60,213 bases of DNA from an uncultured Gemmatimonadaceae bacterium (GCA_963751275.1 CAVVTZ010000003.1:1-60213), one strand, 5' to 3'. Positions 31,629 through 42,748 are shown, counted from the first letter of the stretch. The notes: generated by a model not told the origin, from the sequence alone. Numbers and translations are program-made.

Positions 31629-32129
31629 TCAGCGCGTGGTGTTGCCCCGGGTGTCGAATCCGGCCGAGCTCTTCCCGACGGTCCACTCGATCTTGCCGTA
31701 GCCGAGCTCCACCTGCGTGGTGTTGCCCGTGGATGAACCCGCCCACCGGACGGACACCACGTGCACGCTGCTCAGCTTCATCGATCCCGTCGCGCCGATC
31801 GTGAGCGTCGCGTCCGTGAACGTGCGGTTGCTCCCGGCGGCGGCGGCGAGCAGCGGCCCCGCCGCGTCCATGGCGAGCGTGACGCGGAGATTCCCGAATT
31901 GCGCGCGGCCGGTCGTGACCGACCCGGTCGAGGACGCCGCCATTGGCACGGTCATTCCCCACTCGAACGATTCGACGCTGCTCGGCCCGACGCCGCCGCC
32001 GTGAATGCCATTGATGCTCAACGTCGCATTGCTGGGCGGCAGCGGCGCGTTCGACGAGCGGTCCGCGGCCCAGCCGGTGAGGCCCAGCACCACCGCGGCC
32101 GACGCTGCGATTCCGAGAAGGCGTTTCAT
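31629..32129 (-). CDS. hcp: Hcp (T6SS tube)-like protein with N-terminal signal peptide, orphan
   Basis: GGAGG RBS; 'VESFEWG', 'GRAQFGNLRVTLAMDAAGPLL..AA', 'F.DATL', 'KLSSVHVVSV', 'VELGYGKIEW', 'AGFD...N' follow the Hcp1 pattern. Confidence 0.7.
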   Translation of the reverse strand: MKRLLGIAASAAVVLGLTGWAADRSSNAPLPPSNATLSINGIHGGGVGPSSVESFEWGMTVPMAASSTGSVTTGRAQFGNLRVTLAMDAAGPLLAAAAGSNRTFTDATLTIGATGSMKLSSVHVVSVRWAGSSTGNTTQVELGYGKIEWTVGKSSAGFDTRGNTTR

Positions 32130-32286
32130 CGATCCCTCCAGTTGAGAGTGGTATCCGGGGCTGATTCTACGGTTCGCGGGCGCGGCGCGCCATGCGTTGC
32201 CCGCGGCCAGGGTGGGCCGTCGTTCCCCTGAGCCGCGCCGCCACCCCGGGGCGCCGGAACGCCCACCCGAATTCCGGGATCGATCC

Positions 32287-33872
32287 ATGAAGAATCTCAT
32301 ACGCGCCGCTGCGCTGATCGCCTGCGCCGTCGTTGCCGCCTGTTCCGACTCCACCTCCAGCTCCGGCCCGCCCGCCTCGATCACGAAGGTGAGCGGCGAC
32401 AACCAGAGCGGCGTCGTCTCCACTGCGCTCGCGCAGCCGTTCGTCGTGAAGGTCGCCGACACCGCGGACGTCGGCGTCTCGAATGTGACGGTGGTCTGGA
32501 CGCTCACCACCGGATCGGGCACGTTGACGGTGGCGAAGGCGACCACCGATGGATCGGGGAAGGCGCAGGCCTCGCTCGCGATCGGCGCCGGCGCGGGTAC
32601 GCGCATCGTCACCGCGGTCGCCTCCGCGATCAGCACGGGTCCCAACAGCGCGACGTTCGTCGCGATCGCCGCGGCGCCGCAGACGCGCGACGACTGGATC
32701 ACGTACGGCCACGACGGGCACCGCACGCTCCGCATCGCAGGCGAGCCTCAAGGGCCCGCTCACGGTGTCGTGGCGCTACGCGCCGCCTTCGCCGGTGACG
32801 AATCCGTACACGATCGTCTTCAACGCGCTCGCCGCCGCCGACGGCGTCTATCTCCAGTGGGGATCCACCGGCACATTCTTCGGGTTCGGCACCGGCACGA
32901 ACGTGAGTCGCGTGTCGCCCGCGGGCGCGAAGGTGTGGGCGAACACCAGTTGGAGCCCGGATTACAACATTGGCCATTGGGGCTCGATCTACGGGACGAA
33001 GTTCGTCTACCAGGATGACGGGCTCGGCTACCTCGATCTCGCCACCGGCTCGCGCCCGTTCAACACGAGCGTGGACTGGTGGGGGGAGACGCTGCCCGAC
33101 TCGACGGGATTGTATCTCTCGCAGAATTGGCACGTGGACGGCCCGCAGACGTTCGTCGGTTCGCTCTCCGCCACCGGCTCGTCGCGCTGGAAGACGAACC
33201 TCTATGGCGCGACGAAGGCGGACATCGGTGTGTGGGATCCCTCGGGCGGGCTCGCGCTGAACAACGGCGTGCTCTTCTTCGATCCCGTGTACAGCGGTTC
33301 GCTCGTGCCGCCGAATCCCAAGGGCGTGTTCGCTTTCACGGCGTCGTCGGGCGCGCTCGTGAAATTCGTCGCGACCACGCCGAACTCGCACATCAGCGCC
33401 GATGCGACGAAGGTGTATCTCGTCGAAACGGGCGCGACCACGCTCGTGGCGCGCGCGCAGAACGACCTGCACGTGGTATGGTCCGCGGCCATCGCATCCG
33501 CGGGGCCGCAGGCGCCGCTGCTCGCGAATGGGCTGGTGATCGTCGGCGGGTACACTGATGTCGAAGCGTTCGACGCCACGACCGGCGCGCGCGTGTGGAA
33601 ATCGGCCACGCTCAACGGCCTCACGACCTACTCGAGCGGATCGACCACCACGTATCTCGCCGCTGCGCTCGGCAGCGGCACGCTCATCTGTACCACGTCC
33701 ACCGGCATCCACATCCTGTCGCTGCTCAACGGCACCGAGCTCTGGAAGGGCGCGACGTCGGGGGCGTCCGGCACGCCGCACGATCCGGTGATCGTGAACG
33801 ATCCTGCGGGCGGACCGGTGCTGTACGTCGTGGACAATACCGGGCTCATTCGCATTGAAGGGCGCGCCGTAG
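32287..33872 (+). CDS. Lipoprotein with Ig-like (Big_1) domain and PQQ-type beta-propeller (frameshifted near 32730 and probably near the end)
   Basis: 'VVAACSDS', 'KVSGDNQSG...LAQPFVVKV', 'DWITYGHDG', 'AFDATTGARVW', 'LLNGTELW'. Confidence 0.75.
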
Positions 33873-33915
33873 CGTCGTCTTGCCGCCGTTCGCCGGCGGC
33901 CCTACGTTGACTGCC

Positions 33916-34320
33916 GTGCCCAAGGACATGGTGGACATCGCCCAGGCGAGCTACGCGCGCTGCTGCGCGGTGCCGGATTTCTTCTCGGCGTTCTACGCCG
34001 ATCTCTTCGCCACCTGTCCGGCGGCCAAGCCGTATTTCGCCAACACCGACTTCGACCGCCAGCACCGCCTGGTGAAGCACGGCATCGGCCTGCTCATCAA
34101 TTTCAATCGCGAGCCGGTGGGCGAGCCGAACATCCTCACGCGCGTCGCCGAGCGTCATCGCCGCGGCGACATCGGCGTGGATCCAGCGCTCTACCCGGCG
34201 TTCATCGAGAGCTTCATCACCACGGCGCGCCGCTTCGATCCGGATTTCGACGCCGAGGTCGAACGCGCATGGCGCGACGCGACGGCCAAGGGCGTCGCGT
34301 ACATGGGGTCCAAGTACTGA
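33916..34320 (+). CDS. Single-domain globin
   Basis: 'SYARC...FFSAFY..LF...P....YF..TDF..Q', proximal His in 'VAERH', 'LYPAF..SF', 'AWR'; start uncertain. Confidence 0.85.
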   Translation: MPKDMVDIAQASYARCCAVPDFFSAFYADLFATCPAAKPYFANTDFDRQHRLVKHGIGLLINFNREPVGEPNILTRVAERHRRGDIGVDPALYPAFIESFITTARRFDPDFDAEVERAWRDATAKGVAYMGSKY

Positions 34321-34414
34321 CGCGCGCGAAGGCCGCGCCGGCGACTGGCCGCTGCTCCCGCCCTGCGATATCCTTGGGTGTCGGGAATTCGCCTACGCAC
34401 CCCCCAGCCGCGAG

Positions 34415-36697
34415 TTGATGACCACGGACACGACCTGTCGCCGCTGCGGAACCGCGATCTCGAGTGGGATCGAGCTTTGCCCGAACTGCGGTCTCGCGGT
34501 GACGGCGGACTCGGTGCTGTCCGATGTGCCCGGCGCGCCCGCGAAGACGGAGCCGTCGTCGCTGCGCTCGACGTTCGACGAGCAGGTGCTCCAGGCGCTG
34601 CGCGACGCGACGCTGGGCGAGTACGAGATCCTGAGCGAGCTCGGCCGCGGCGGGATGGCCACGGTGTATCTCGCGCACGAGATCGCGCTCCATCGCAAAG
34701 TGGCGATCAAGGTGATCTCGCCGCAGCTCTTCGCGGACAACACCGCCGAGCGGTTCCTGCGCGAGGCGCGCACCGCCGCGGGGCTGAGCCACCCGAACCT
34801 CATCCCGATCTTCTCCGTTCGCGAGACGGATTCGCTGCTCTTCTTCGTGATGAAGTTCGTCGCGGGGCCATCGCTCGAGACGATCATCGCGGAAGGGCGG
34901 CCGCTGTCCATTCCGGTCATTCAAGCGATCCTCACTGAGACGGCCGCGGCGCTCGGCTACGCGCACCGCCGGCAGATCGTGCACCGCGATGTGAAGCCCG
35001 GCAACATCATGCTCGATGACGAGGGGCGCGTCGTCGTGACCGACTTCGGCATCGCGCGCGATTCGCAGTCCACCGGGCTCACCGGCACCGGTGCGAGCGT
35101 GGGGACGCCGATGTACATGAGCCCCGAGCAATGCCTGGGCGAGACGGTGAACGGCGCGTCGGACCAATACTCGCTGGGCATCGTCGGCTATCAAATGCTC
35201 ACGGGGAAGATCCCGTTCACCGCGGCGACGCCGGTGGCGATGATGTACGCGCACATGCACACGGTGCCACAGCCCGTCGCGGAACTGCGCCCCGATTGCC
35301 CGCCGGCGCTCGCGGCCGCGATCATGCGCATGATCGCGAAGCAGTCGGCCGACCGCTGGCCCTCGATCGACGAAGCGAGCCGCGCGATCGGCGCGCCGCC
35401 GCTGGCCGACGATGATCCGGTGCGGCAGGAGATGGTGCGGATCGCGACCGCGGGCGCCGCGAAGAAGCGCGCGAGCCTGCCGAGCACGCCGCGGAGTCCC
35501 ATGCCGAGCACGCGCGACGCGCTGCGTCGGCCGGGCCGCCCGGCGCCGGCGCGAGGCGGGGCATCGCCCGGCGAGTCGACGATCCCTACGCCGGCGTCGC
35601 GCGGACGATTCAAGGAAGGCGCGATCGCCGCCGCGGTGATCGTGCTGGGACTCGGCGCGTGGCTCGCGTTCGGGCGTAAGCCGGCGCCGCCGCCGCTGAG
35701 TGACGTGCCTCCGGCGGTGACCGTCGCGGCTCCGCCCGCCGCGCCGGCGGCGCCGCGCGCGGCGATGGTGACGATCGCGCCGGTGCTGTCCGAGCTGGAG
35801 ATCGGCAAGCGCGTGCAGCTGCGCGCGGAGGCGCGCGATTCTCTGGGCGCTGCGGTGGCCGAGCACAATGTCACGTGGTCATCGAGCGATCCCCGCGTCG
35901 CATCGGTGTCGAAGACCGGCATGCTCGAGGCGCTCAAGCCGGGCCGCGCGATCGTCACGACGACGATGGACGAGCGGTCCGCATCGTTCGCGCTGGAGGT
36001 CACGAAGGTCGCGGAAGCGGCGCCGGCGGCGGTCGCGTCGATGGAACTCGTGCCCTCCACGCTCACGATCACGAAGGGCGCCACCGGCCAGCTGCACGCG
36101 CGGCTCCGCGACGCGGCGGGCAAAGTGCTCGCGGACCGTCCGGTGGATTGGAGCAGCGCGAACGGGCAGGTGGCCGCCGTCGCCACGAACGGACTCGCAA
36201 TGGGAGTCGGGCCGGGCACGACGCAGATCACGGCGAGCATCGACGGCCGCTCTGCGAATGCGACGGTCACCGTGACCGCGCCGGTCGCCGCGCCGGTCGC
36301 GCCCGCCGTCGTCGCGGCTGCGCCGGCCGCGCCACCGGTGGCGCCCGCTGCGCCGGCGGATCCGCGGCCGGCCATCCGGAAAGCGATCGACAGCTTCGTC
36401 GCCGCCATTCAGGCGCGGAACGTCACGCGCATCATCGCGGTGTATCCGGACCTGCCGTCGAAGGACCGCGCGCTCTGGGACAAACTGTTCGATGACTATC
36501 CTGAGGTGACGGCGACGCTCGTTCCCGCGAGCGTGGACATCACGCCCACGGGCGAGAGCGCCGCCTTCGATGTCGCGATGACCCTCACCAACGGGCGCGA
36601 ACATCAGCAGATCCTCATGCACTTCCTGGCGAGCCCGGCGCAGAACAACGGTAGCTGGCATTTCCGCCAGCTCGTGCAGAGCTACGTCAAGCAGTAG
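34415..36697 (+). CDS. Hanks-type Ser/Thr kinase with N-terminal zinc ribbon, TM helix and two extracellular Big_2 domains
   Basis: CRRC..CPNC; 'LGRGGMATVY', 'VAIK', 'HRDVKPGN', 'DFGIA', 'GTPMYMSPE'; 'WSSSDPRVASV', 'WSSANGQVAAV'. Confidence 0.93.
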   Translation: MMTTDTTCRRCGTAISSGIELCPNCGLAVTADSVLSDVPGAPAKTEPSSLRSTFDEQVLQALRDATLGEYEILSELGRGGMATVYLAHEIALHRKVAIKVISPQLFADNTAERFLREARTAAGLSHPNLIPIFSVRETDSLLFFVMKFVAGPSLETIIAEGRPLSIPVIQAILTETAAALGYAHRRQIVHRDVKPGNIMLDDEGRVVVTDFGIARDSQSTGLTGTGASVGTPMYMSPEQCLGETVNGASDQYSLGIVGYQMLTGKIPFTAATPVAMMYAHMHTVPQPVAELRPDCPPALAAAIMRMIAKQSADRWPSIDEASRAIGAPPLADDDPVRQEMVRIATAGAAKKRASLPSTPRSPMPSTRDALRRPGRPAPARGGASPGESTIPTPASRGRFKEGAIAAAVIVLGLGAWLAFGRKPAPPPLSDVPPAVTVAAPPAAPAAPRAAMVTIAPVLSELEIGKRVQLRAEARDSLGAAVAEHNVTWSSSDPRVASVSKTGMLEALKPGRAIVTTTMDERSASFALEVTKVAEAAPAAVASMELVPSTLTITKGATGQLHARLRDAAGKVLADRPVDWSSANGQVAAVATNGLAMGVGPGTTQITASIDGRSANATVTVTAPVAAPVAPAVVAAAPAAPPVAPAAPADPRPAIRKAIDSFVAAIQARNVTRIIAVYPDLPSKDRALWDKLFDDYPEVTATLVPASVDITPTGESAAFDVAMTLTNGREHQQILMHFLASPAQNNGSWHFRQLVQSYVKQ

Positions 36698-36703
36698 CGC
36701 CCG

Positions 36704-38005
36704 CTAGTACAGCGTGTAGTCCACGCCCAGCGTGAAGGCGGCGCCCGGCTGCAGCCCGCCGCGCAGCATCGGCACGAGCGCGTTCGTGACCACGGTGACG
36801 CCGGAGCGCGTCAGGAACTTGAACCCGAACGATCCGATCACCGTGTTGTCGCGCTGGTCAGGGATGTTCGACGGTATGATCGTGCAATGCGTCGGCGGGA
36901 TCGTGGTGTTCCCGTAGAACGTGAGCACGACGGGCTGCGGCAGATCGTAGTTGCTCGGGCCCACCTGCCACGACGAGAGCACGTCCACCGCGAGCGTGCA
37001 CCAGTCCGCCATCTGCTGGTCGAACCCGAGCGTCGCGAGCACCGCGTCATTCAGCGTGCTGCTGCTGTGCGCGGAGTAGCCCAGATTCACGTGCGGGCTG
37101 AACTGCCCGAACTGCGCCGAGACGATGCCGATCCCCTCGAAGCCCCACGAGCCCGAGCCCTGGAAGTTCTGCTCGTTGCCGGTTGGCATCCGCACGTCGC
37201 CCAGGAAGGCCACGCCCCATTCCTTCTTGGCGAGGATCCCGACCTTCACGCGCGCGACCACGTCGCCGATGCCGGCCGCCGACGCGCTCGCGTTGGAGGT
37301 CGCGCTGAGTGAAGGGTTCGCCGAGTCGCCGAAGAAGTGCGGATCGTTCACGCCGGAGGGCATGATGAGCGCGGTGCTCGAGCCGCTCAGGCTGGAATAC
37401 AGGAAGGGCACGGCGACGCCGACATCCACGTGATCGAACAGACCGAACGTCACGACGCCGGTGAACGCGGTCATCTGCACGTGCATCGACGTGCTCACTT
37501 CGATGACATCGTTCTCGAAGTTCGGCTGGCCGAGTCCCGCCGGCGGCGTGTCCTGGTGCGTGATCGTGGAGTGCAGCCCGGAGAGCGGCACGCCGCGCAG
37601 CGTGGAATAATCGAAATTCGTGGCGTTGAACGAGAAGTACCAATTGTGCTTGCCGATCGTTTGCATGCGCTCGGCGAAGATCGGGCCGCCGGACGTGCTC
37701 ACGCGCGTCGGGAGGCCTTCGCCCGATTGCACGAGGATGCCGGTGCTCGTGGTCGCGGCGATCGGGATGTTCGCGGCGCTCGCGCCGATCGCCTGCTGCA
37801 GGAAGGTCGTGAGACCGGCCTGTGCACCGGCGGCTGACGGATTGAAGTGGTCGAGGTGTGTGCCGGCATCCACCGAGAGGCAGATCTGCTCGCCGCATCC
37901 GCTGCCGAACGAGTACAGCTCTTTGACGGCGGCGCTGAGGGTCTGCGCGCTCAGCGAGGCGGCGCCGACCGTGAGGGCGAGGGCGTTGACCAGAACAGTG
38001 CGCAT
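36704..38005 (-). CDS. Putative outer-membrane beta-barrel (phenol-MetA/transporter-like)
   Basis: Signal peptide, 'GPIFAERMQTIGK', 'GIGDVVARVK', 'RMPTGNEQNFQGSG', terminal 'GVDYTLY'. Confidence 0.7.
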   Translation of the reverse strand: MRTVLVNALALTVGAASLSAQTLSAAVKELYSFGSGCGEQICLSVDAGTHLDHFNPSAAGAQAGLTTFLQQAIGASAANIPIAATTSTGILVQSGEGLPTRVSTSGGPIFAERMQTIGKHNWYFSFNATNFDYSTLRGVPLSGLHSTITHQDTPPAGLGQPNFENDVIEVSTSMHVQMTAFTGVVTFGLFDHVDVGVAVPFLYSSLSGSSTALIMPSGVNDPHFFGDSANPSLSATSNASASAAGIGDVVARVKVGILAKKEWGVAFLGDVRMPTGNEQNFQGSGSWGFEGIGIVSAQFGQFSPHVNLGYSAHSSSTLNDAVLATLGFDQQMADWCTLAVDVLSSWQVGPSNYDLPQPVVLTFYGNTTIPPTHCTIIPSNIPDQRDNTVIGSFGFKFLTRSGVTVVTNALVPMLRGGLQPGAAFTLGVDYTLY

Positions 38006-38095
38006 GGATCGGATTCTCCGCGAGAGAAGGGGATCGCGCGGGGAACGTTAGCCGCCGGCCGGCATTCGGCAACCGGCGCCGTGCGCCGGATCAGG

Positions 38096-38470
38096 TCAGG
38101 CGCGCCGGGACCAGATGAGCAACGCCGCGACGAGGGCGTGGATCGCCACCGCCGGCCAGAGCAGCAAGCCGCCCATGTTGAGCGCGGCGCCGACGTACCC
38201 GAGATAGATCGCGACGAGCGTGTTGTAGAGGAGCAGACCGTTCATCGCCGGGACGCTCGCGTTCACGCGCTCCGGCCAGCAGGCGATCGCGAGCGAGACC
38301 AGCGCGATCCCCATGATGCGCACGACCGGCACCGCGCTGTCGGCCAGCGGTCCGCCGATCAACAGTGAGAAGACGAGCGCCGGCGCCACGATGAGCGCGA
38401 GCCCGGTGGCGGCCTCCGTGACCGCCGAGAAGGCGACGATGCGTCCGGGTGAGATCGGTGCTCCCGCCAT
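38096..38470 (-). CDS. Small 4-TM membrane protein
   Basis: 'EAATGLALIVAP', 'LLLYN', 'LLWPAVAIH'. Confidence 0.7.
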   Translation of the reverse strand: MAGAPISPGRIVAFSAVTEAATGLALIVAPALVFSLLIGGPLADSAVPVVRIMGIALVSLAIACWPERVNASVPAMNGLLLYNTLVAIYLGYVGAALNMGGLLLWPAVAIHALVAALLIWSRRA

Positions 38471-38597
38471 GCGCACGTCCAACGATTAGAGGTGCGTAAT
38501 TCTCCCGCCACGCGACCCGCGGCGCAAGCCGCGCCCTCTGGCGCACCGCGTTCACCGGGCCCAACTTTGGCCCCGGCAACGATCTCCCTCTCACCGC

Positions 38598-40889
38598 GTG
38601 ATCCACTCCATGCATCGTCTCCCGCCGTCCATCCTGCTCGCGCTCAGCGGGCTCGCGCTCGTTCCGTCGCGCCCCGCGCCCGAACCGCTTCCTCTCCGCG
38701 GATTCACCGCGGCCTCCGCCAAGACCGAGCGCGACTGGGAAGCGAAGTTCGCCGCGATCCCCGATCCCGCGAAGATGCGCGCGAACATGGAATTGCTCTC
38801 CGCGCATCCGCATCACGTCGGCTCGCCCTACGACAAGCAGAACGCCGAGTGGATCCTCGCGCAGTACAAGTCGTACGGCTGGGATGCGCACATCGAATCG
38901 TTCGACGTCCTGTTCCCGACGCCGCTCGAGCGCCTCGTCGAGATGACGGGACCCACGAAGTACACCGCGAAGCTGCAGGAGCCGGTGGTGCCCGGCGATC
39001 CGACGTCCGGCCAGACGAAGGAGCAGCTCCCGACCTACAACGCCTACTCCATCGACGGCGACGTGACCGGCCCGCTCGTGTTCGTGAACTACGGCGTGCC
39101 CGCCGACTACGAGGAGCTCGCGCGCCGCGGCGTTTCCGTGAAGGGCGCGATCGTCATTGCGAAGTACGGCGGCTCGTGGCGCGGGATCAAGCCGAAGGTC
39201 GCGGCCGAGCACGGCGCGATCGGATGCCTCATCTACTCCGATCCGGCCGACGATGGCTACGCCGAAGGCTCGGTCTTCCCGAAGGGCCCGATGCGCCCCG
39301 AGCAGGGCGTGCAGCGCGGATCCGTCGCCGACATGCCGGTGTACTCCGGCGATCCGCTCACGCCTGGCGTGGGCGCGACGAAGGACGCGAAGCGCCTCGC
39401 GCTCAAGGATGCGACGGTGCTCACCAAGATCCCGGTGCTCCCGATCTCCTACGGCGACGCGCAGCCGCTGCTCGCCGCGCTCGGCGGGCCCACGGCGCCG
39501 GCGACGTGGCGCGGCGGTCTGCCCATCACCTACCGCCTCGGCTCCGGCCCCGCGATGGTGCATTTGAAGGTGAAGTCCGACTGGAGCCTCAAGCCGCTGT
39601 ACGATGTGATCGCGAAACTGCCGGGCTCCACCGAAGCGGACCAGTGGGTGATCCGCGGCAATCACCACGATGGGTGGGTGAACGGCGCCGAGGATCCGAT
39701 CTCGGGGCAGGTGGCCGAGCTCGAGGAGGCGCGCGCCCTCGGCATCCTCTACAAGCAGGGCTGGCGGCCGAAGCGCACGATCATCTACGCCGCGTGGGAT
39801 GGCGAAGAGCCGGGATTGCTGGGCTCCACCGAGTGGGTGGAGACGCACGCCGATGAGTTGAAGGCCCACGGCGCGGTGTACATCAACACCGACGGCAACG
39901 GCCGCGGTTACTTCTCCGCCGGCGGCTCGCACGCGCTCGAAGGATTCGTGAACGGGGTGGAACGCGATGTCTGGGATCCCGAGGCGAAGGTCAGCGTGTT
40001 CGAGCGGAACAAGGCCCTGCTCGCCGTGAACGCGGTGAGCGGGACGTCCGGCGACCGGGCGATGTCCGCCGACAGCGCAGGATCCGACCTGCACATTGAC
40101 GCGCTCGGATCCGGCTCGGACTTCACGCCCTTCCTGCAGCACGCCGGCGTCGCATCGCTCAACGTCGGGTACGACGGCGAGGATGATGGCGGCATCTATC
40201 ATTCGATCTACGACGATTTCTACTGGTACACGCATTTCAGCGACACGTCGTTCGTGTACGGCAGGGCGCTGTCGCAGACGGTGGGCATCGCGGTGATGCG
40301 GCTCGCCGATGCGGACATCCTGCCGTTCGCGTTCACGACGCTCACGGCCACCGTGCGCGGGTACACCACGGAGCTGCAGCATCTGCGCGCCGCGCGCGCG
40401 GCCAGGATCGCCGCGCGCAATGCCGCGATCGCGAGCGGCTACTACGCCATGACGAGCGATCCGCGGGATCCCTCGATCGCCCCGCCGGCGGAGACGACGC
40501 CGCCGGAATTCAATTTCGCGCCGCTGCAGAACGCGCTCGACACCCTGGGGCGCGCGGCCGCGCGCTATGAGGCCGCGTACGCGAAATGGATCGGCGGCGC
40601 GACGGTGGACGCGGCGGCGCTCATCGCCGTGAACCAGCATCTCATCCAGGCCGAGCGCGCGATGACGTCGAGCGACGGCCTGCCGCGGCGTCCCTGGTAC
40701 GAGCATCTGCTGTACGCGCCGGGGTACTACACGGGCTACGGGGTGAAGACGATGCCCGGCGTGCGCGAAGCGATCGAACAGGGGCAGTGGCAGGATGTGG
40801 ACGCGCAGATCGCGCGGATCGCGAAGGCGCTGCAAGCCGAGGCCGCACTGGTGAACGGCGCCGCGGCGCAGCTCGAGAAGGCGAAATAG
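38598..40889 (+). CDS. M28 peptidase, glutamate carboxypeptidase II/transferrin-receptor-like (PA + M28 + dimerisation domains)
   Basis: 'VFVNYG', 'YSDPADDG', 'GDPLTPG', 'GNHHDGW..GAEDP', 'WDGEEPGLLGSTEW', 'GSGSDF', 'YHSIYD'. Confidence 0.93.
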   Translation: MIHSMHRLPPSILLALSGLALVPSRPAPEPLPLRGFTAASAKTERDWEAKFAAIPDPAKMRANMELLSAHPHHVGSPYDKQNAEWILAQYKSYGWDAHIESFDVLFPTPLERLVEMTGPTKYTAKLQEPVVPGDPTSGQTKEQLPTYNAYSIDGDVTGPLVFVNYGVPADYEELARRGVSVKGAIVIAKYGGSWRGIKPKVAAEHGAIGCLIYSDPADDGYAEGSVFPKGPMRPEQGVQRGSVADMPVYSGDPLTPGVGATKDAKRLALKDATVLTKIPVLPISYGDAQPLLAALGGPTAPATWRGGLPITYRLGSGPAMVHLKVKSDWSLKPLYDVIAKLPGSTEADQWVIRGNHHDGWVNGAEDPISGQVAELEEARALGILYKQGWRPKRTIIYAAWDGEEPGLLGSTEWVETHADELKAHGAVYINTDGNGRGYFSAGGSHALEGFVNGVERDVWDPEAKVSVFERNKALLAVNAVSGTSGDRAMSADSAGSDLHIDALGSGSDFTPFLQHAGVASLNVGYDGEDDGGIYHSIYDDFYWYTHFSDTSFVYGRALSQTVGIAVMRLADADILPFAFTTLTATVRGYTTELQHLRAARAARIAARNAAIASGYYAMTSDPRDPSIAPPAETTPPEFNFAPLQNALDTLGRAAARYEAAYAKWIGGATVDAAALIAVNQHLIQAERAMTSSDGLPRRPWYEHLLYAPGYYTGYGVKTMPGVREAIEQGQWQDVDAQIARIAKALQAEAALVNGAAAQLEKAK

Positions 40890-40958
40890 CACGGCGGATG
40901 CGCGACGGGCGGGCGCCCGTGCACCGGCGCCCGCTCGTCGTACGTCCGCACCCCGCGG

Positions 40959-42748
40959 CTAGAGCGCCGCGTCCCAGGGCGACGACAGGCGGATCGCCGC
41001 GTCGATGATCCCCACCATGCTGTAGGTCTGCACGAAGTTGCCCCACTGCTCGCGGCTCACCGGGTCGATGTCCTCGGCGAGCAAGCCGACGCGATTGCGG
41101 CACGCAAGCACCTTCTCGAACAGCGCGCGCGCCTCGTCCATGCGGCCGAGCGCGGCGAGCGCATTGATGTACCAGAAGGTGCACGCGAGGAACGCATTGA
41201 CGGGGCGGCCGAAGTCATCCTCCTCCGAATAGCGGAAGATGAAGTCGCCCTGGCGCAGATCCTTTTCGATGGCGCGCACCGTGCCGGCGAAGCGCGGGTC
41301 GTCGGCGGCGAGGAATCCTACCTCGTGCAGCCGGAGCAGGCTCGCATCGAGCGTGTTCCCGGGCATCGTGCCGGTGAAGCTCCCGAGCTCGGCGTTCCAT
41401 CCCTTCTCGCAGATCGCGTCGCGGATCCGCGTGGCGTGTTCCCGCCAGTAGGCCTCGCGCTCATGGTATCCCAGCCGCTTGGCGATCCGCGCGAGGCGGT
41501 CGCAGCCCGCCCAGCACATCACGCTCGAGAAGGTATGGACGCGCGGCGTGCCGCGCCGCTCCCACATCCCCGCGTCGGGCTTGTCGAAGAGCACGGCCGC
41601 GCGCTCGCCGAGCGACTCGAGCCGGCGAAAGAGCAGATCGTCGCCGCGCTGCACCAGGCGCCGGTCCACGAACAGCTGCGTGGCGGCGAGGATCACCGAG
41701 CCGTAGACGTCGTGCTGCACCTGCTTGTACGCGAGATTGCCGATGCGCACCGGTCCCATCGCGCGATAGCCATCGAGCGAATCGAGCTCGCGCTCATCGA
41801 GCTCGGACAGGCCGCTGATCCCGTACACCGGCTGCAGCGTGCCGTGCTCCGCGCCCGCCACGATGTTGAAGATGTACGCCAGATACGTTCCATCGTGCGC
41901 GTGGCGCCCAGGCGGTTGAGCGCGTTCACCACGAAGTACGCGTCGCGCAGCCAGCAGTAGCGATAGTCCCAGTTGCGCCCGCTGTCCGGCGATTCGGGGA
42001 TCGACGTGGTCATCGCGGCGATGACCGCCCCGGTGTCCTCGTAGACGTTGAGTTGCAGCGTGATCGCCGCGCGGATCACGGCGTCCTGCCACTCGAAGGG
42101 GATCGCGAGGTTCCGGACCCAATCGCGCCAGTAGACCGTGGTCTCCTCGAGGAAGCGGCGTCCGACCTCGGCCACGGCGCCGTGGACGGTCTCGTCGGTT
42201 CCGAGCAGCATCGTGACCGTGTCGTCGAGATAGAACGTGCGTTCCTCGAGGATGGCGGTGATCGAGGCGTCGGTGGTGACGCGCAACACCACCTCGCGCC
42301 CGTCGAACCGGATGTGGTTGCTGCCGGTGGTGACCCGCGCGCGCTCGCGGCCGTACGCATGCGCCGGACGGAGCCGCACCGTGATGCGCGGGTGTCCGCT
42401 CACACGCCGGATGCGCCGCACCATGGTCATCGGGCAGAACAGCCGGCCGTACTGCTGGAAGCGCGGCGCGAAATCGGTGATCTCGACGCAGCCGCCCGCG
42501 TTGTCATACCGGCGCGTGACGAGCACCGGCGTATTCTCGAGATACGATTGTTCGCTGCGCGCGTGATCCACCACGTCCACGACGAAGATCCCGGTGTCGG
42601 CGGCGGCGGAGGCGGGCCCGCGGAGGAGCGAGCAGAACGCGGGATCGCCATCGAAGCGCGGGAAGCAGCCCCACACCACGCCGGCCTCGGCATCCACGAG
42701 GCAGCCGATGGCGCCGTTGCCGACGAGCGCGAGATCGAGAGTGCTCAT
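40959..42748 (-). CDS. Glycoside hydrolase family 15 (trehalase/glucoamylase-like), frameshift near 41890
   Basis: 'LALVGN..CFPRFD', 'AAMTTSIPE...RNWDYRYCWLRDA', 'QHDVYG', 'GLLAED', 'WGNFVQTYS'. Confidence 0.92.

Noticed and set aside
31629..32735. 368-aa version of the Hcp-like ORF, and a T6SS locus
   Set aside because: The upstream part is antisense to the lipoprotein gene; the RBS supports ATG 32129; no other T6SS genes are present
38091..40892. Long antisense ORFs (933 aa here; also 46971-49115, 8091-10037, 27404-29293)
   Set aside because: Shadow frames opposite well-supported genes, expected in high-GC DNA
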